Below are positions 13,743-27,140 of a stretch of 64,000 nucleotides of DNA, in pieces. The stretch is from Octopus vulgaris (taxonomy: Eukaryota). Position 1 is the stretch's first letter, and each line of letters starts with the position of its first letter. A program made the position numbers and the translations under genes. Location: NCBI GenBank assembly GCA_951406725.2, contig OX597820.1, positions 91,078,001 to 91,142,000 of the forward strand, read 5' to 3'. Below the pieces are notes generated by a model. It was not told the DNA's origin, ran no database searches, and saw only the letters and a program-made list of their open reading frames with translations.

Positions 13743-14149
13743 TACTCTTACTTGTTTCAGTCACTTGACTGTAGCCATGCTGGAGCACTACCTTTAGTCG
13801 AGCAAATCGACCCCAGGACTTATTCTTTGTAGACCAAGAACTTATTCTATCGATCTCTTTTGCCGAAACCGCTAAGTTACGGGGACGTAAATACACCAGT
13901 ATCAGTTGTCAAGCGATGCTAGGAGGGACAAACATAGACACACAAATACACACACACACATAAATGATATATATATACATATATATGACAGGCTTCTTAC
14001 AGTTTCCATCTACCAAATCCACTCACAAGGCTTTGGCCAGCCTGAGGCTATAGTAGAAGACACTTGCCCAAGGTGCCATGCAGTGGGATTGAACCTAGAA
14101 ACATGTGGTTGGTAAGCAAGTAACTTACCACACAGCCACTCCCGTGCCT
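13743..14149 (-). mobile_element. SINE family A, full length
   Basis: From tail (ctcttacttgtttcagtc) to head (cacagccactcccgtgcct). Confidence 0.92.
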
Positions 14150-14490
14150 ATCTGCAGTAAGAATGCTATACAGTGTATTTTATAAAATCTTTTCATGCAT
14201 CATAGGATGCAGTGAGATCACATGTATGTTGAGGAAAGAAGGATTTCATATGTTGCAGATATATAGGTGCATTAGCTGTTAGCACTCCCAATAAGTAATT
14301 TCAAATACTCAGAGCATCCTTGGATGTAAGTGATAGCTTCCTTTATCTTTGAGAGCAAATTCTTAGTGGTAGAAAGCATTTCAAAATCATTGCAGCCAAA
14401 TTAAGAAATGTGTGTAAAAATTTCAATGAGTTCTTACCCTGTTCTGGTAACAATATTTACAGTCATAAATATATATATACATATATATAT

Positions 14491-14678
14491 AGGGATAATT
14501 TACGAAAAAAACAACAAAAGACAAAGACAGGTGGTGTACAAAACAAACAGATGTATTAGTATAAGGCTCAGGAATAGAAAAAGTCTTTTACGTTTCGAGC
14601 CTACGCTCTTCTACAGAAAGGGACACAGAAAAAAGGAGAGAAAAAAAATGTGTGTAGTGGCTAACGATCTATCATGGT
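14491..14678 (-). mobile_element. Penelope-like pLTR with variant hammerhead
   Basis: Homologous to 11946-12177; bounded by TA repeats; immediately upstream of the Penelope ORF but unlike that element's own 3' pLTR. Confidence 0.7.
14585..14620 (-). ncRNA. Minimal type I hammerhead ribozyme, CUGUAGA core variant
   Basis: CUUU-CUGUAGA-A-GAGC-GUAG-GCUC-GAAA-CG-UA-AAAG: stems I and II perfect, stem III reduced to the ACGU palindrome. Confidence 0.7.
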
Positions 14679-14691
14679 GTATATATATATA

Positions 14692-16052
14692 TATGCCTCT
14701 ATCTCTAAAGAACTGCTAGATAAAGCCCTAATCTTCGCTAGTGATTTCATAGAAATTAGTACCAATGATAAGGATATAATCTTCCATGCTAGAAAGACAT
14801 TACTTTTCAGTGAGAATGCAAAGTGGGTAAAAAACACCGACACGGAGGGCGCTTTCGATGTGAGCATGGGTTCATATGATGGGGCAGGCATCTGTGATCT
14901 AATTGGACTCTTTCTCCTAGATACCTTCAGTAAGACATTCCCTAACGTACATTTTGCCATCTACAAAGATGATGCCCTCGCCTTAACAGCTAATACAAAT
15001 GGACCAGCACAAGATCGTTTTAGGAAGGATATTATCCAGTTAATGAAACACTTCGGACTTAGTATAACTATAGACACTAACCTGACGGTTGTCAATTTCT
15101 TAGACGTTTCCTTAGATCTTAATAATAATATTTATAAGCCTTATAGGAAGCCCAATGATAGACTAAGTTATATTAATGTAGGTTCATGCCATCCCCCTAT
15201 AGTATTCAAAAATTTAGTTAAAAATATTAGTAAGAGGATTTCTAGCCTCTCATCTAATGAGGACATCTTCAATAGCATTGCTCCAGTTTATAATAAAGCT
15301 TTAAAAGATAGTGGTTTTAGCGAAAAAATAAAATATACACCTATCACCAGCCCAACAATAAGGAAAAGGAATAATAGAAATAGGAAGGTCATCTGGTTTA
15401 CACCCCTTACTCACCCGAGGTGGCCTTCAATATAGGTAAATATTTCCTAGCACTGATAGATAGACATTTTCCAGTTAACCATGCTTATAGGAAACTCTTC
15501 AATAGACACAATTTAAAAATTAGTTTTAGTTCAACTACCAATTTTAAAAACATAATCAATCATAACATACAAAAAACACAAGAAGAAAACAGCTGTTCAT
15601 GCAGGAATAAAGAATTGTGCCCGCTAAATGGAGCTTGCATGTCCAAGACCATCATATATGAAGCTACCGTAAACTCTATAACCACTAAAGACACCGTTTC
15701 GACGAAGAAATACGTGGGCCTGACAGAGGGTAATTTCAAGGCCAGGTTCAATAACCACACTTTGAGCTTTAGGCACTGGAACAAAAGAAAAGCGACACAA
15801 TTATCCAATCATATTTGGTCTTTAAGAGATAAAGGTGTCGATTATAACATACAATGGAAGATTTTGGCCAGATGTAAGCCCTATACTAACGGCAGCGGAA
15901 GGTGCGGTTTATGCGACATGGAGAGATGGCTTATCTGGAAAAGCAGCTTAGACCCTACCACATGTCTAAATACAAGGACAGAGCTTTTCGGATCATGCCC
16001 ACATGTGACTAAATTTCTGTTACGTTTTTGGTCCCCTAAAGAAAACGGATAG
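14692..16052 (+). pseudogene. Penelope-like retroelement (Naiad-type) RT + zinc finger + GIY-YIG ORF, 5'-truncated, one frameshift at ~15405
   Basis: RT motifs FDVSMGSYDGAGICDLIG, YKDD, VNFLDV..YKPYRKP; one extra C restores WFTPPYS..NIGK; linker CSCRNKELCPLNGAC (CxCx5Cx5C); IIYEATV...KYVGLTEG.FK.RF.NH endonuclease; C-terminal CGLC and LNTRTEL...CPH. Confidence 0.95.
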
Positions 16053-16331
16053 AACATGCTTTCTGTGTTATGTCCCAAGAAGATTTTATATATTTTTATA
16101 TATTTTTATATATTTTTATGTATTTTTATATAATTTTTATGACGAAAAATGCGAGCGATGTATAAGTACGCAGGCAAAGCAGAGTTATAACAGAGTAATT
16201 TCCCTTCATTTTTAACGGTATTTTTTCATAACGTTTTCAAATAGCCAGATAACCGAAGAGATGGTGTTGTGGATTTCCACTTCGGCATCTGAAACTCAGA
16301 GTTTTATCTTGACTACCGAGTAATGTAACAT

Positions 16332-16336
<5 letters not shown>
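16053..16336 (+). mobile_element. 3' UTR / pLTR of the Penelope element, ending in (TA)n
   Basis: Contiguous with the ORF; 16245-16335 homologous to 63690-63785. Confidence 0.8.
16242..16315 (+). ncRNA. Type I hammerhead ribozyme, CCGAAGA core variant
   Basis: AGAUAA-CCGAAGA-GAUG..GUGGA-UU-UCCAC..CAUC-U-GAAA-CUC-A-GAG-UU-UUAUCU; stem I AGAUAA/UUAUCU; sense strand, in the pLTR. Confidence 0.75.
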
Positions 16337-16373
<37 letters not shown>

Positions 16374-16960
16374 GATATATACAAAGACATATGCATATAT
16401 ATATATTTATATATATACATACATATAAAGATACACACACACTCACACAAACACAAACATACATGTAAATCAACAAACCTAATATAAATATAGAAGAAAA
16501 AAGGGGAATAAGAAGTTTCAATATTTATTTATTAAATGTCATATTTTCATTGCAAGGCAATGGTGTCATTATATCAAAATCCAATTAAATTAAGAATCAG
16601 AGAGAAAAATAGAAAAGATGTACAACTCTACATTTCAAAGATAAATTGGGGATGATTTACCATCTGTCAACTTATAAATAAACAGTATATCAGTCCTTAT
16701 TTTTAGTGCCTTTATTTCTAAAAGTTATTCTGTTTGTATCTGTAAATATTTACAAGTATATACTAAAGATTATTTATTCACTTTAATACCATTTTCTTTT
16801 CTTGTATGTTACATCTATTTATAAAGTTAATTACAATATGTTCTAACTTTCTAGATTTTGTATATTTACTTCTTTGTGTTTTTCTCTCTGCTGCAGCAAA
16901 CCACGTTACTGTTAACATTATCTCCCTTTATCATGAAATCACTGGTCTATTACTATATCG

Positions 16961-17240
16961 CAGTGGTTCCCAAAGTGGGCAGTGCCAAACCACTGGGGGT
17001 GGTAGAAAGATCCAGCAGGGTTCATTGAAGAAATCAGGGGTGATTATATGGTGGCCAAAAGTAGATGATGGATGTATAAAGCACTAAATAATTAGATTAA
17101 GTTGTATTTGTGAAATACAAATTGTGTTTGAATTTGCTTCAGAGGATGGTCTCTGCTTGAGATGATGAGTAGGAAGGGAGACTAAGGTTGTGGGCTAGGT
17201 GCCATGGGGAAGGTATACCAAAAAAGTTTGGGGACCACTG
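16961..17240. mobile_element. hAT (Charlie-like) MITE
   Basis: TIRs cagtggttcccaaa / tttggggaccactg; 8-bp TSD ctatatcg / ttatattg (6/8 match). Confidence 0.8.
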
Positions 17241-17619
17241 TTATATTGTATATCCAGTAGCCAACTACTTACTGGCAGACTTCAATTACTTTGAAAAATC
17301 AGCTACCTATTGTAAAATAATGCTAAACTTCTGGCACAGATCCATTGTATAAATGGTAAGAACTGAGTCACTTACATCTTAAGTGCTGGATTTTCAAAAT
17401 TTTTTCCACAGCAAGTGTTTAAGAATTCTGTAAACAATCAGTAGATTTAAATCATCAGTAGATTTGCATCAAGAGGCAAAAGAAATGTCCATGCTCTTTT
17501 ACTACTTTCAATACTTCCAAAAGCTATGAGATTTTCTTCAAAGCATTTTAGTATTTCAAAAGAGAGTTCTCTGCATATTATTCAGTATGGGAGTAGAAAT
17601 GGCTCTGTGGTAAGTATAG

Positions 17620-17835
17620 GTATAGGAATGGCTCTGCGGTAAGTAGCTTGCTTACGAACCACATACTTCCGGGTTCAGTCCCACTATGTGGCACCTTGGG
17701 CAAGTGTCTTCTTCGGGCTGACCAAAGCCTTATGAGTGAGTTTGGTAGATGGAAACTGAAAGAAGCCCATCATATATAGATAGTGCTCCAGCATGGCCAC
17801 AATCAAATGACTGAAACAAGTAAAAGAGTAAAAGA
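17620..17835 (+). mobile_element. SINE family A with internal deletion
   Basis: Head region joined directly to the gtgctccagcatggcc...aagtaaaagag tail. Confidence 0.85.
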
Positions 17836-17889
17836 GCATCTCAGCTTCTACAGATCTGTTATTATTCTTAGCTATCACACACACACATA

Positions 17890-17923
<34 letters not shown>

Positions 17924-17960
17924 TATATAAAACACATGTATACATACATATATATGTGTA

Positions 17961-18400
17961 CAGTAGTACCTCTGTTTTCAAACAACTTTGATCGCAAATA
18001 AATTGTGCTTTATCTCCTGCCTTTCTCATATTCGTTTAATACAGTTGTACCTCAGTTTTTACGAATGCTTCTGACTACGAATAAACCATGCCTTATATAT
18101 ATCTATACCTATCTATATATGTATTGTATTGGCATCCTTTCTGTCTCGGGAGACAATGGAGTTGCGCATGAAGTAGTCTAGTCCGGCTTTTATATTTCAT
18201 GTCCTGATATATTTCCTGCTGTGGCTGTGTAGTCCTATCCTGGACAAACACTCCCTCTGGCAGGTACCACAAATGTAGCGAAGACTGTTCCTGGCTGGTT
18301 GTAGTGCCATAGTCTCTTGTTTACGTCTCTTACATCTCTATCTATATATAAAGCATGATTTATTCATGATTAGTGTTGTTTGAAAACTGAGGTACTACTG
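17961..18400. mobile_element. Tigger/pogo-like MITE (second left TIR at 18042) interrupted by an RTE
   Basis: TA-cagtagtacctc...gaggtactactg-TA. Confidence 0.7.
18121..18331 (-). mobile_element. RTE LINE 3' end
   Basis: Minus strand encodes RRKQETMALQPARNSLRYICGTCQRECLSRIGLHSHSRKYIRT* (RTE C-terminal zinc knuckle), then a short (caata) tail. Confidence 0.8.
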
Positions 18401-18663
18401 TATATATAATATATATTGTATTAGATCTATATTCATATATACAAATATGATCATATATATATAAAGATTCTTTTATTTTTTTGCTTGTTTCGGCCATTTG
18501 ACTGCAGCCATGTATGTGTGTGTGTAATGTATGTATGCATGTACATATATGTACATTTCCATATCTATCTATCTAGCTATCTATATTCATATTTTTTCAT
18601 TCTTTTTCTTGTTCCAGTCATTTGACTGCAGCCATGTATGTGTGTGTGTGGGTGTGTGCAAAG

Positions 18664-18712
<49 letters not shown>

Positions 18713-19804
18713 TATGCTTTTAACTCACCACATATCAAGAATAAAGGAAATAATTTTGATCTTTCTGGACCTGCCAAAATAAAAGTAAACATTTGTTAAA
18801 TTCTTCAGTCAATTCCCTCTCTTGGATATGTTTTTTAAAAAGAAGAAACACACAAAAACAGCTGCAACATATCCGCTTCAATAATTCCGGCAAACATCCA
18901 CCATTCAACGTTTGTTTGAACGATAAAGAAATATAAAATGTATTAAACAAAAAGAAAATTTAGTTGTTTGCTTACAGTCTAGATTGAAAATTTATCAGCA
19001 AAAAACTTACTATGGTAGTTTTGAATTCCTCCCACTCTTTACTATTTAGATATTTTAGGATTCCATTTATTCAAGAAACTTCAGAAAACTTCTTGACTGG
19101 TCAACTAACTTTCTTATTGCTTCCAGACACTAATTGACATGAGGATTTGTCATGTTTACCCAGAATTATAGGTTAAAAACTCAGTTGGCACTGCTTGCAG
19201 CATTTTTCCTTTTTTTCATATTCTGGCTGACAAATATGTTTTGTTTTTATTCTGGTACTAAATATATGTAACATGATTTGTAAAGGACAATCATAGATTG
19301 GTTGAACTGTAACACAACAAAAACTAATGACCTAGCTTTTCGTATATAGCAACATTGCTAATTATGATATTTTTCCTATAATGCTAAAATTCAAACGTCT
19401 TTATACCATTACACAAGTATTTTAAGTTGCTTATATATTTCTTGAAATGATTTTGTCTTACTTTTAAAAAGGAGGTAAAACTGCTTAGAAGACTGTCATT
19501 TGATCAAAGGATAATAAGTCCTATAATTACAAGTGGCATCGTGTAAATCTCATACTTCATGACTTTGGTTATTCAATAGAAACCATCAAAAAACACAAAT
19601 TCTTGCTGTTAGAAAACATAATTCGGCAATAAGAGATCATAAATTTATTTCTCGTATGTATTAGGTCAGAGAGTTGGTCAGAAACCATTTCTTCAAACAG
19701 ATTTAGTTTCACTTTCATGGAATCATCCGGAACCTATATTTAACACACAAACACACACAAACACACAATTCACAAAAATGTGCATATATATACACACACA
19801 GATG

Positions 19805-19903
19805 CATACATACATTCATACATACATACATACATACATACATACATACATACATACATACATACATACATACATACATACATACATACATACATACATA
19901 CAT
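19805..19903. repeat. (CATA)n microsatellite
   Basis: Direct inspection. Confidence 0.95.
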
Positions 19904-20776
19904 AGAAACGCATACACATAAAGTACAATTGTGATTTCTTTCTTTTTATTTCCATCAATAGTTAAATGTATCAAAGATTTTCATCGTACTCCTATGACCC
20001 GGTCATAAATAGTCTACTTGAAACTGTAAAATAATGTTAGCAAATATATTCTTCTCTCTCTAGCTGAAGTTAGACATTTATTACCGTTCTATCGTATTAT
20101 ATGTATGGAGCATTGTAGAGTAGTGTTAAGTGCCCAGAAAGCCAAGTTTGTAATTCCTCTACAAATCCTGACTGAACCATTTAAACTTTACTTACTCATT
20201 CTTATTCATTCTGTTATTTTACCTACAAGATTTTATCAATAATCAATAAACTCCAAATGGATGGGCATAGCCAGATTGAGTTGGTTCTTGATGCACTACA
20301 TAAACATTGTGATCCAGTGACACCATGTGAGAGCTACATGACATTCTTATTCAATATATTATTTATTTATTGTCAGTAGATATATTATATCGACAAATGC
20401 ATTTGGGCTGATAAGAAGTAAAGGAGTTAAAATTAGAGTACAGATATAAATATGAATAGACCAAGTGAGACCAAGGTAAATTGCAATTTGACAATGCCAG
20501 TATATTCCTTAGAGTCTAATAATAGCAATATATTTTATGCTTAGAAACAAAATTGAAATAGATTGAATGTAATTTATTCAAGATATTTCTTTAAAGCAAA
20601 GCAATATGTTTTAGCTTTAATGAAATGGATTTTAGTTAGTCATATAATTTTCTTTAGGGGCTCATGCATACCTTCATCTTATTACCTACATATGCATCTA
20701 TCCATATTTATATTTGCATCTATATACCTACTGGACATATGCTTGTATGCATACACCTCAAGCACACATATGTATG

Positions 20777-20807
<31 letters not shown>

Positions 20808-21551
20808 ATCTCTGACTTTATGTGTGCTATTCTAATCTCCTCTTTAAATTTAATTTCCCATCACCACTTCTATCAAAGAGAACAATACTTAAACTGAAAG
20901 CAGGTCGCCAAATTTTATAGTTTTAATATGTCTTGTATGTGGTGAAACTTCGAAGATATTGCCAATAAAATTCACACTTCAGCAGTTTTTTCATGTGATG
21001 CACATGATATAGGTAGGTATTAACAGAAATATATGCACAAACATGCACAGGTACACACACACACATACACACACACAACAGACTATGTACAGTTTCTGTC
21101 TACAATCAATGTTACACACGAGACATTGGTCAACCTAGAACTACAATAGAAAGCACTTGCTCAAGATGCTGAGTTGTGAAACAGAACCTGAAACAATGTG
21201 ATTCACAAACAAACCTAATCACCACACATATATACATACATACACAGACACACATGTGCACATATATGTGTGTGTATGTATGTGTGTGTGCATGCATGTG
21301 TAAAATGATTGCAAATTTGATTTCATATATAACCACTTTCTCATTGCAAGCAGCTACTTGAAATAAGTTTCAGAGCTTTTATACAATAGACCCAAACATA
21401 ACTAACTAGCCCTGACTTGGTCACAATTGTTGCTCATAACTTGGTCAAAAATCACACCTTTGTGCATTCACCCAGCATAGATTATCAGCTCAGCTCTCTG
21501 GACATAAGGGACATCAGTCCCCATCAGGGCTGTTGGAGCTGTGTGTATGAA

Positions 21552-21603
<52 letters not shown>

Positions 21604-22408
21604 CAGAGAGAGAGAGAGAGAGATATGTGTGTGTGTGTGTGTTTGTGTGTGTAAGTATATATAAGCAACCCTTTTGGTCACTCAATTAGCCTTTCATGGA
21701 TGACTTCTGAAGCTTTTGAAAATGTGATATGATCATAGAATATGCTGGGAAGATCATTTCTAGGCCCTAAATCATGCAAAACTTCAACAACATATAGTTT
21801 TCAGGCATTACACCATTACTGTTTGATGAGCAATTTGAATTCTTTCAAACCAAGCCAATTCTTCTTTGTTATAAACCGTGATTCAGTTCTGTTCAGTAAA
21901 AGATGTACTCAATGAATAATAGTGGTGTTTAAGGACTTCAAATTGTTTCTTTATGATGTCAGGAAATAACGAATTCTCTTTTATAGTTTGTACTGACAAT
22001 GCTTTACAAAAACTAATACCTCATAAAGCAATATATGTCTGTACTGATGTGCATGCACATGAATTTGTGTCTGTGTGTGCATTGTGTGTGTGTGTGAGTG
22101 CATGTATATAAGTATATGTAGAAAGAAAGACTGTTTTACTGCACACACAAACATATATGCACAAATTCCTTTTATGATTGTATCCATATATCTACACACA
22201 CACACACATACATATATATACATACATGTGTGCATATGTACATATATGTGTGTGTGTGCATGTGCGAGTGTATACTTGTGTATATATATATTCATGTTTG
22301 TAGATGTATATATGAGTATATATACATGTGAATATATATATATGTGTGTGTTTGTGTATATATATATATCTATGTATATTTTTATAATATACATATATAT
22401 TACTAAAT

Positions 22409-22462
<54 letters not shown>

Positions 22463-22859
22463 GTATGTATGTATATTTTTATAATATACATATATTTTAT
22501 TAAATTATATTACATTATATCATATTACATAGATATATTATATTATATTGTATTATATTACATTTATATGTGCATGTATGAACATACATTAAAAGTGTTA
22601 AAATACAAATCTGAATATATGTAGTTCTACATATTTTTCCTGTATGCGCTCTCACACGTATAGCATAGATATGCACTCTATTGCATATAAGTTTAATAGA
22701 TTTAAATTGTAGTTTTTCTTAATGCACAAAATATATATTTATAGTAAAGATGGCATATTCATGTGTAAGATATTTTACAAAGAACAGAAACAGTTTGGGA
22801 AAGATGTTTCAATATATTACAGACCCTAAGCAATGCTAATTTCTTTTCGTTTTCTATTC

Positions 22860-23255
<396 letters not shown>

Positions 23256-23894
23256 AAGGAAAATATTCTATTTTACAAATAATAAATATTTTATGCAAGG
23301 AATTCTGAAGTATTATAGATTGCGATATTTTATAGCCATTGTATGTTCTGGGGGAGATTTTTGTATTTGAGGAATTATTATGGAACACATTAGGTGAAGT
23401 GAACTCTACTCTAAATGTAAATGAAGAATCATAGAAAATGTTTTAGAATATAAATGTAATATTTTAGTTATAAGACAGCAGAGTGTGATTTGAGAGAGAT
23501 GAGGTTTTACTGCTATTTTGAGCAAGTTCAATGACCAGATAGAGGCATTTTTATTGCTTTTGTATCATCTTGGTGGTTGTGGTTGTTATCTAGCCAAAGG
23601 CAACTCTGATGTAGCAGTCCTTTGATCAAAGAGGTTCCAGTCATGACCATCCCATCTGTTCAACAGTAAATAGCACTGCACTACTGAACATGTTCTTCCT
23701 GTATTTAAGACAATAGATGTTTTGAGAGAGATTTAGCAGCTACATTTAGCAGGTTGAAAGATTTAGGTAGCAGCTCCCTTATAGTATTATCTAGATTATA
23801 CAGTTATATAGAGCATGTATATGTATGTGAATGTGTGGGTATATGTAAATATTTGCTCACTGTATTATTTATTTTTTTGTCCTTCCTTATATTA

Positions 23895-24387
23895 TTAGTA
23901 TGTTACATGTTTTTATAAATCATATATCGTATATTAGTGCTTTTGTCCACTCTAGTGAAGTTCTCAAATTGAACTTTTGCGGGAATTTTGTCTCTTTTAA
24001 TAGTATTATTGAGTATGTAGGCGTGCAGAGAGATATAAGATAGTACAAGAGGGTGAGGAATGGGGAGAAAGTGAGAGAGAGTGTGTTGCAGCTGGTCAGT
24101 CTTTCAATAGTAAATGATTCAGCTGCAAAGATATCAACAATTTTTTTCTTCTTTCTCTCCTTCTTCTTCCTTTCCTTCTCTTTTTCTTTAACACTACTTT
24201 CAGATACAAACACACACATACACACACACACGCAAGCTCTCTCTCACATTCTCCCCACCTTCTTGTACTATCTTATATTTCTCTCCACCCCTACACACTC
24301 AATAATACTACAAAAAGAGACAAAAAAAAATTCCTGCAAAAGCTCAATTTGACAACTCCACTAGAGTGGACGAAAGCGCTAATATAT
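23895..24387. mobile_element. Foldback of a Penelope-like pLTR family, with decayed hammerhead at 24346-24385(+)
   Basis: 23931-24080 is reverse-complementary to ~24236-24385; same family at 26665-27140(-) and 54903-55050(+). Confidence 0.7.
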
Positions 24388-26162
24388 AGTAGTGGAGGAC
24401 TCCCAAAAGAATCTTTCAATGAGTCTTGCATTGACTTTGATGGTCAAACAGTAAAAGTAAATTTTATGTTTTTAAGTTAACACCTCCAAATCTTGTCAAT
24501 ATCCCAACTAGCTGAAGCAGGTAACTTCCTGTCTCTAATTGTATAGAAACAAAAGCAGAGATATATTTTAATGCAGTGTGAGTAGAAATGAAGAGAAAAA
24601 ATGTTGGTTTCCAAGGCAATGTCATTAATATTTGATGGTTTTGAGCTCAACACTAATTTTCCTTGACCATAATATAGCTATCTGGAAGTAGGTAACAGCA
24701 TGACACAATGCCAAGCTAATTAATACTAAGGAAAGTCATCAAGTTGTAAAAAACTTTAATTATTCCATTAATCTAGAGGTGATATATTTTATAGCTACTT
24801 AATATATACCACTAAAAAAAAAAGATAATTTTCAAAAATTACTGTAAGTGTGTCTTAAATATTTAGAACTCAATTCTCTTATTCTGAAATAAAGTTTATT
24901 GTTTTGGAAATTATTTTTCTCTTATTTAATAGATAATTGTTTATGGCTTCTAAATGTGTCTGTAATTTTCTTTCTCCCTGTAGATTTTCCCTACAAAAAA
25001 CAAAAATCTAAAACAATATATATTCTTATAATTGCTGGAATTACATTATTTACCACCTTACTACCAATAACTTATATTCTCTTAGATTTGCTTCAATAAA
25101 ACTATTATTAAACTAAATAGAAATAATTCTATTTTATAGTTATTCAGATTCTAAGAGGAAATTAAGAAAATGGACATTACATTCATTTACAAATATATAT
25201 TTCATTAAAAGATATTTTAATTATTTTTTTTTTCTTCTTCAAATTAAAATGAAAAATAAACAACAAAACAAACAACAACAACAACAAATACAAAACAAAG
25301 TATTTCAAACATCAATAGTATTAGAAGTCACTCAAATAGTTTTGATGTAAAAATCTTAGTATACACACCCACCACCACCACCAACACCACTACCACCCTA
25401 CTACTTTCTCTTAAAAATCCATTTATTTGTATATCTTGTTTAAGTGTTTTGCAAGTGAGGGCAGATTCCACCCACTTTGTGAACAACCACCACAATCACC
25501 ACCACCACCACCACTACCGCCACTGCCGCCACCATCATCACCACTACCACCACCACCACCACAGTATCTCAGTTCTGTTGTTTTTTGTATTGCAGCTCAC
25601 TTAATTTCCTGAAAGTGAGCACTGAATTGTAACAATTTCTTTTGTCACAACAATTCAATGTGTTTTTACCTCTCTTATTCTTTAGATCATTTCTTTTGAG
25701 TTTTTATGACTTTTTGTTCTTAATTTCATTTGATTTGCTTATTTTATTTTTTATTTTTATTTTCTTCCTTTTTGTATTTTTTGTTTTTTTTTGCTCTATG
25801 TATATGTATTTTAGTCAAGGAAGATGTTCACAGAGTCAGCCAAGAATATTCATTAGTTATACTTTTTGGTTACAAAATGCATGCAAAAGAGGGAGGGAGA
25901 TAATGAGAAGGAAAATTGCTTGAATGATAGGCAGGCCAAAAGTGTTGAAGAAAATAGATGAAACGCAGATTATATGCTGAGTAAATTATACAAACAAAGT
26001 TAAGAGAGAGCAATTTCTATGGTAGAATTGGGAGTTACTGAGGAAAAACAACAGAGTTACGTATGAAAATGATCTTAGTTTACATACTATTTGTAGATGT
26101 ATTGGAATAGAAACATCTCTGAAGACAAATTAACAAAATAACCTAGAAATATATACATACAG

Positions 26163-26325
26163 TCACAGGAGTGGCTGAGTGGTAAGAAGCTTGCTTCCCA
26201 ACCACATGGTTCCAGGTTCAGTCCCACTGCATGGCACCTTGGGTAAGTGCCTTCTACTTTAGACTCGGATCAACCAAAGCCTTGTGAGTGGATTTGGTAG
26301 ATGGAAGCTCAAAGAAGCCCATTGT
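26163..26325 (+). mobile_element. SINE family A, 5' half
   Basis: caggagtggctgagtggtaag...ggttcagtcccactgc. Confidence 0.85.
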
Positions 26326-26399
26326 ATATATATATATATTATTTAAGAGAAGAAATATAACAAAATATAACAAAAAATATTATATATATATATATACAC

Positions 26400-27140
<741 letters not shown>

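Noticed and set aside
14491-14678. Inverted 5' pLTR belonging to the adjacent Penelope ORF
   Set aside because: Its sequence and ribozyme differ from the ORF's own 3' pLTR; more likely an independent insertion into the same TA tract
15590-16336. Selenoprotein-type Naiad (in-frame TGA plus SECIS)
   Set aside because: Finger cysteines are TGT/TGC, the retained ORF has no in-frame TGA, and I saw no convincing SECIS by eye; the missing 5' part cannot be assessed
20230-20355. Short frame ILSIINKLQMDGHSQIELVLDALHKHCDPVTPCESY, possibly an exon or gypsy gag relic
   Set aside because: Too short and weak to assign without a search
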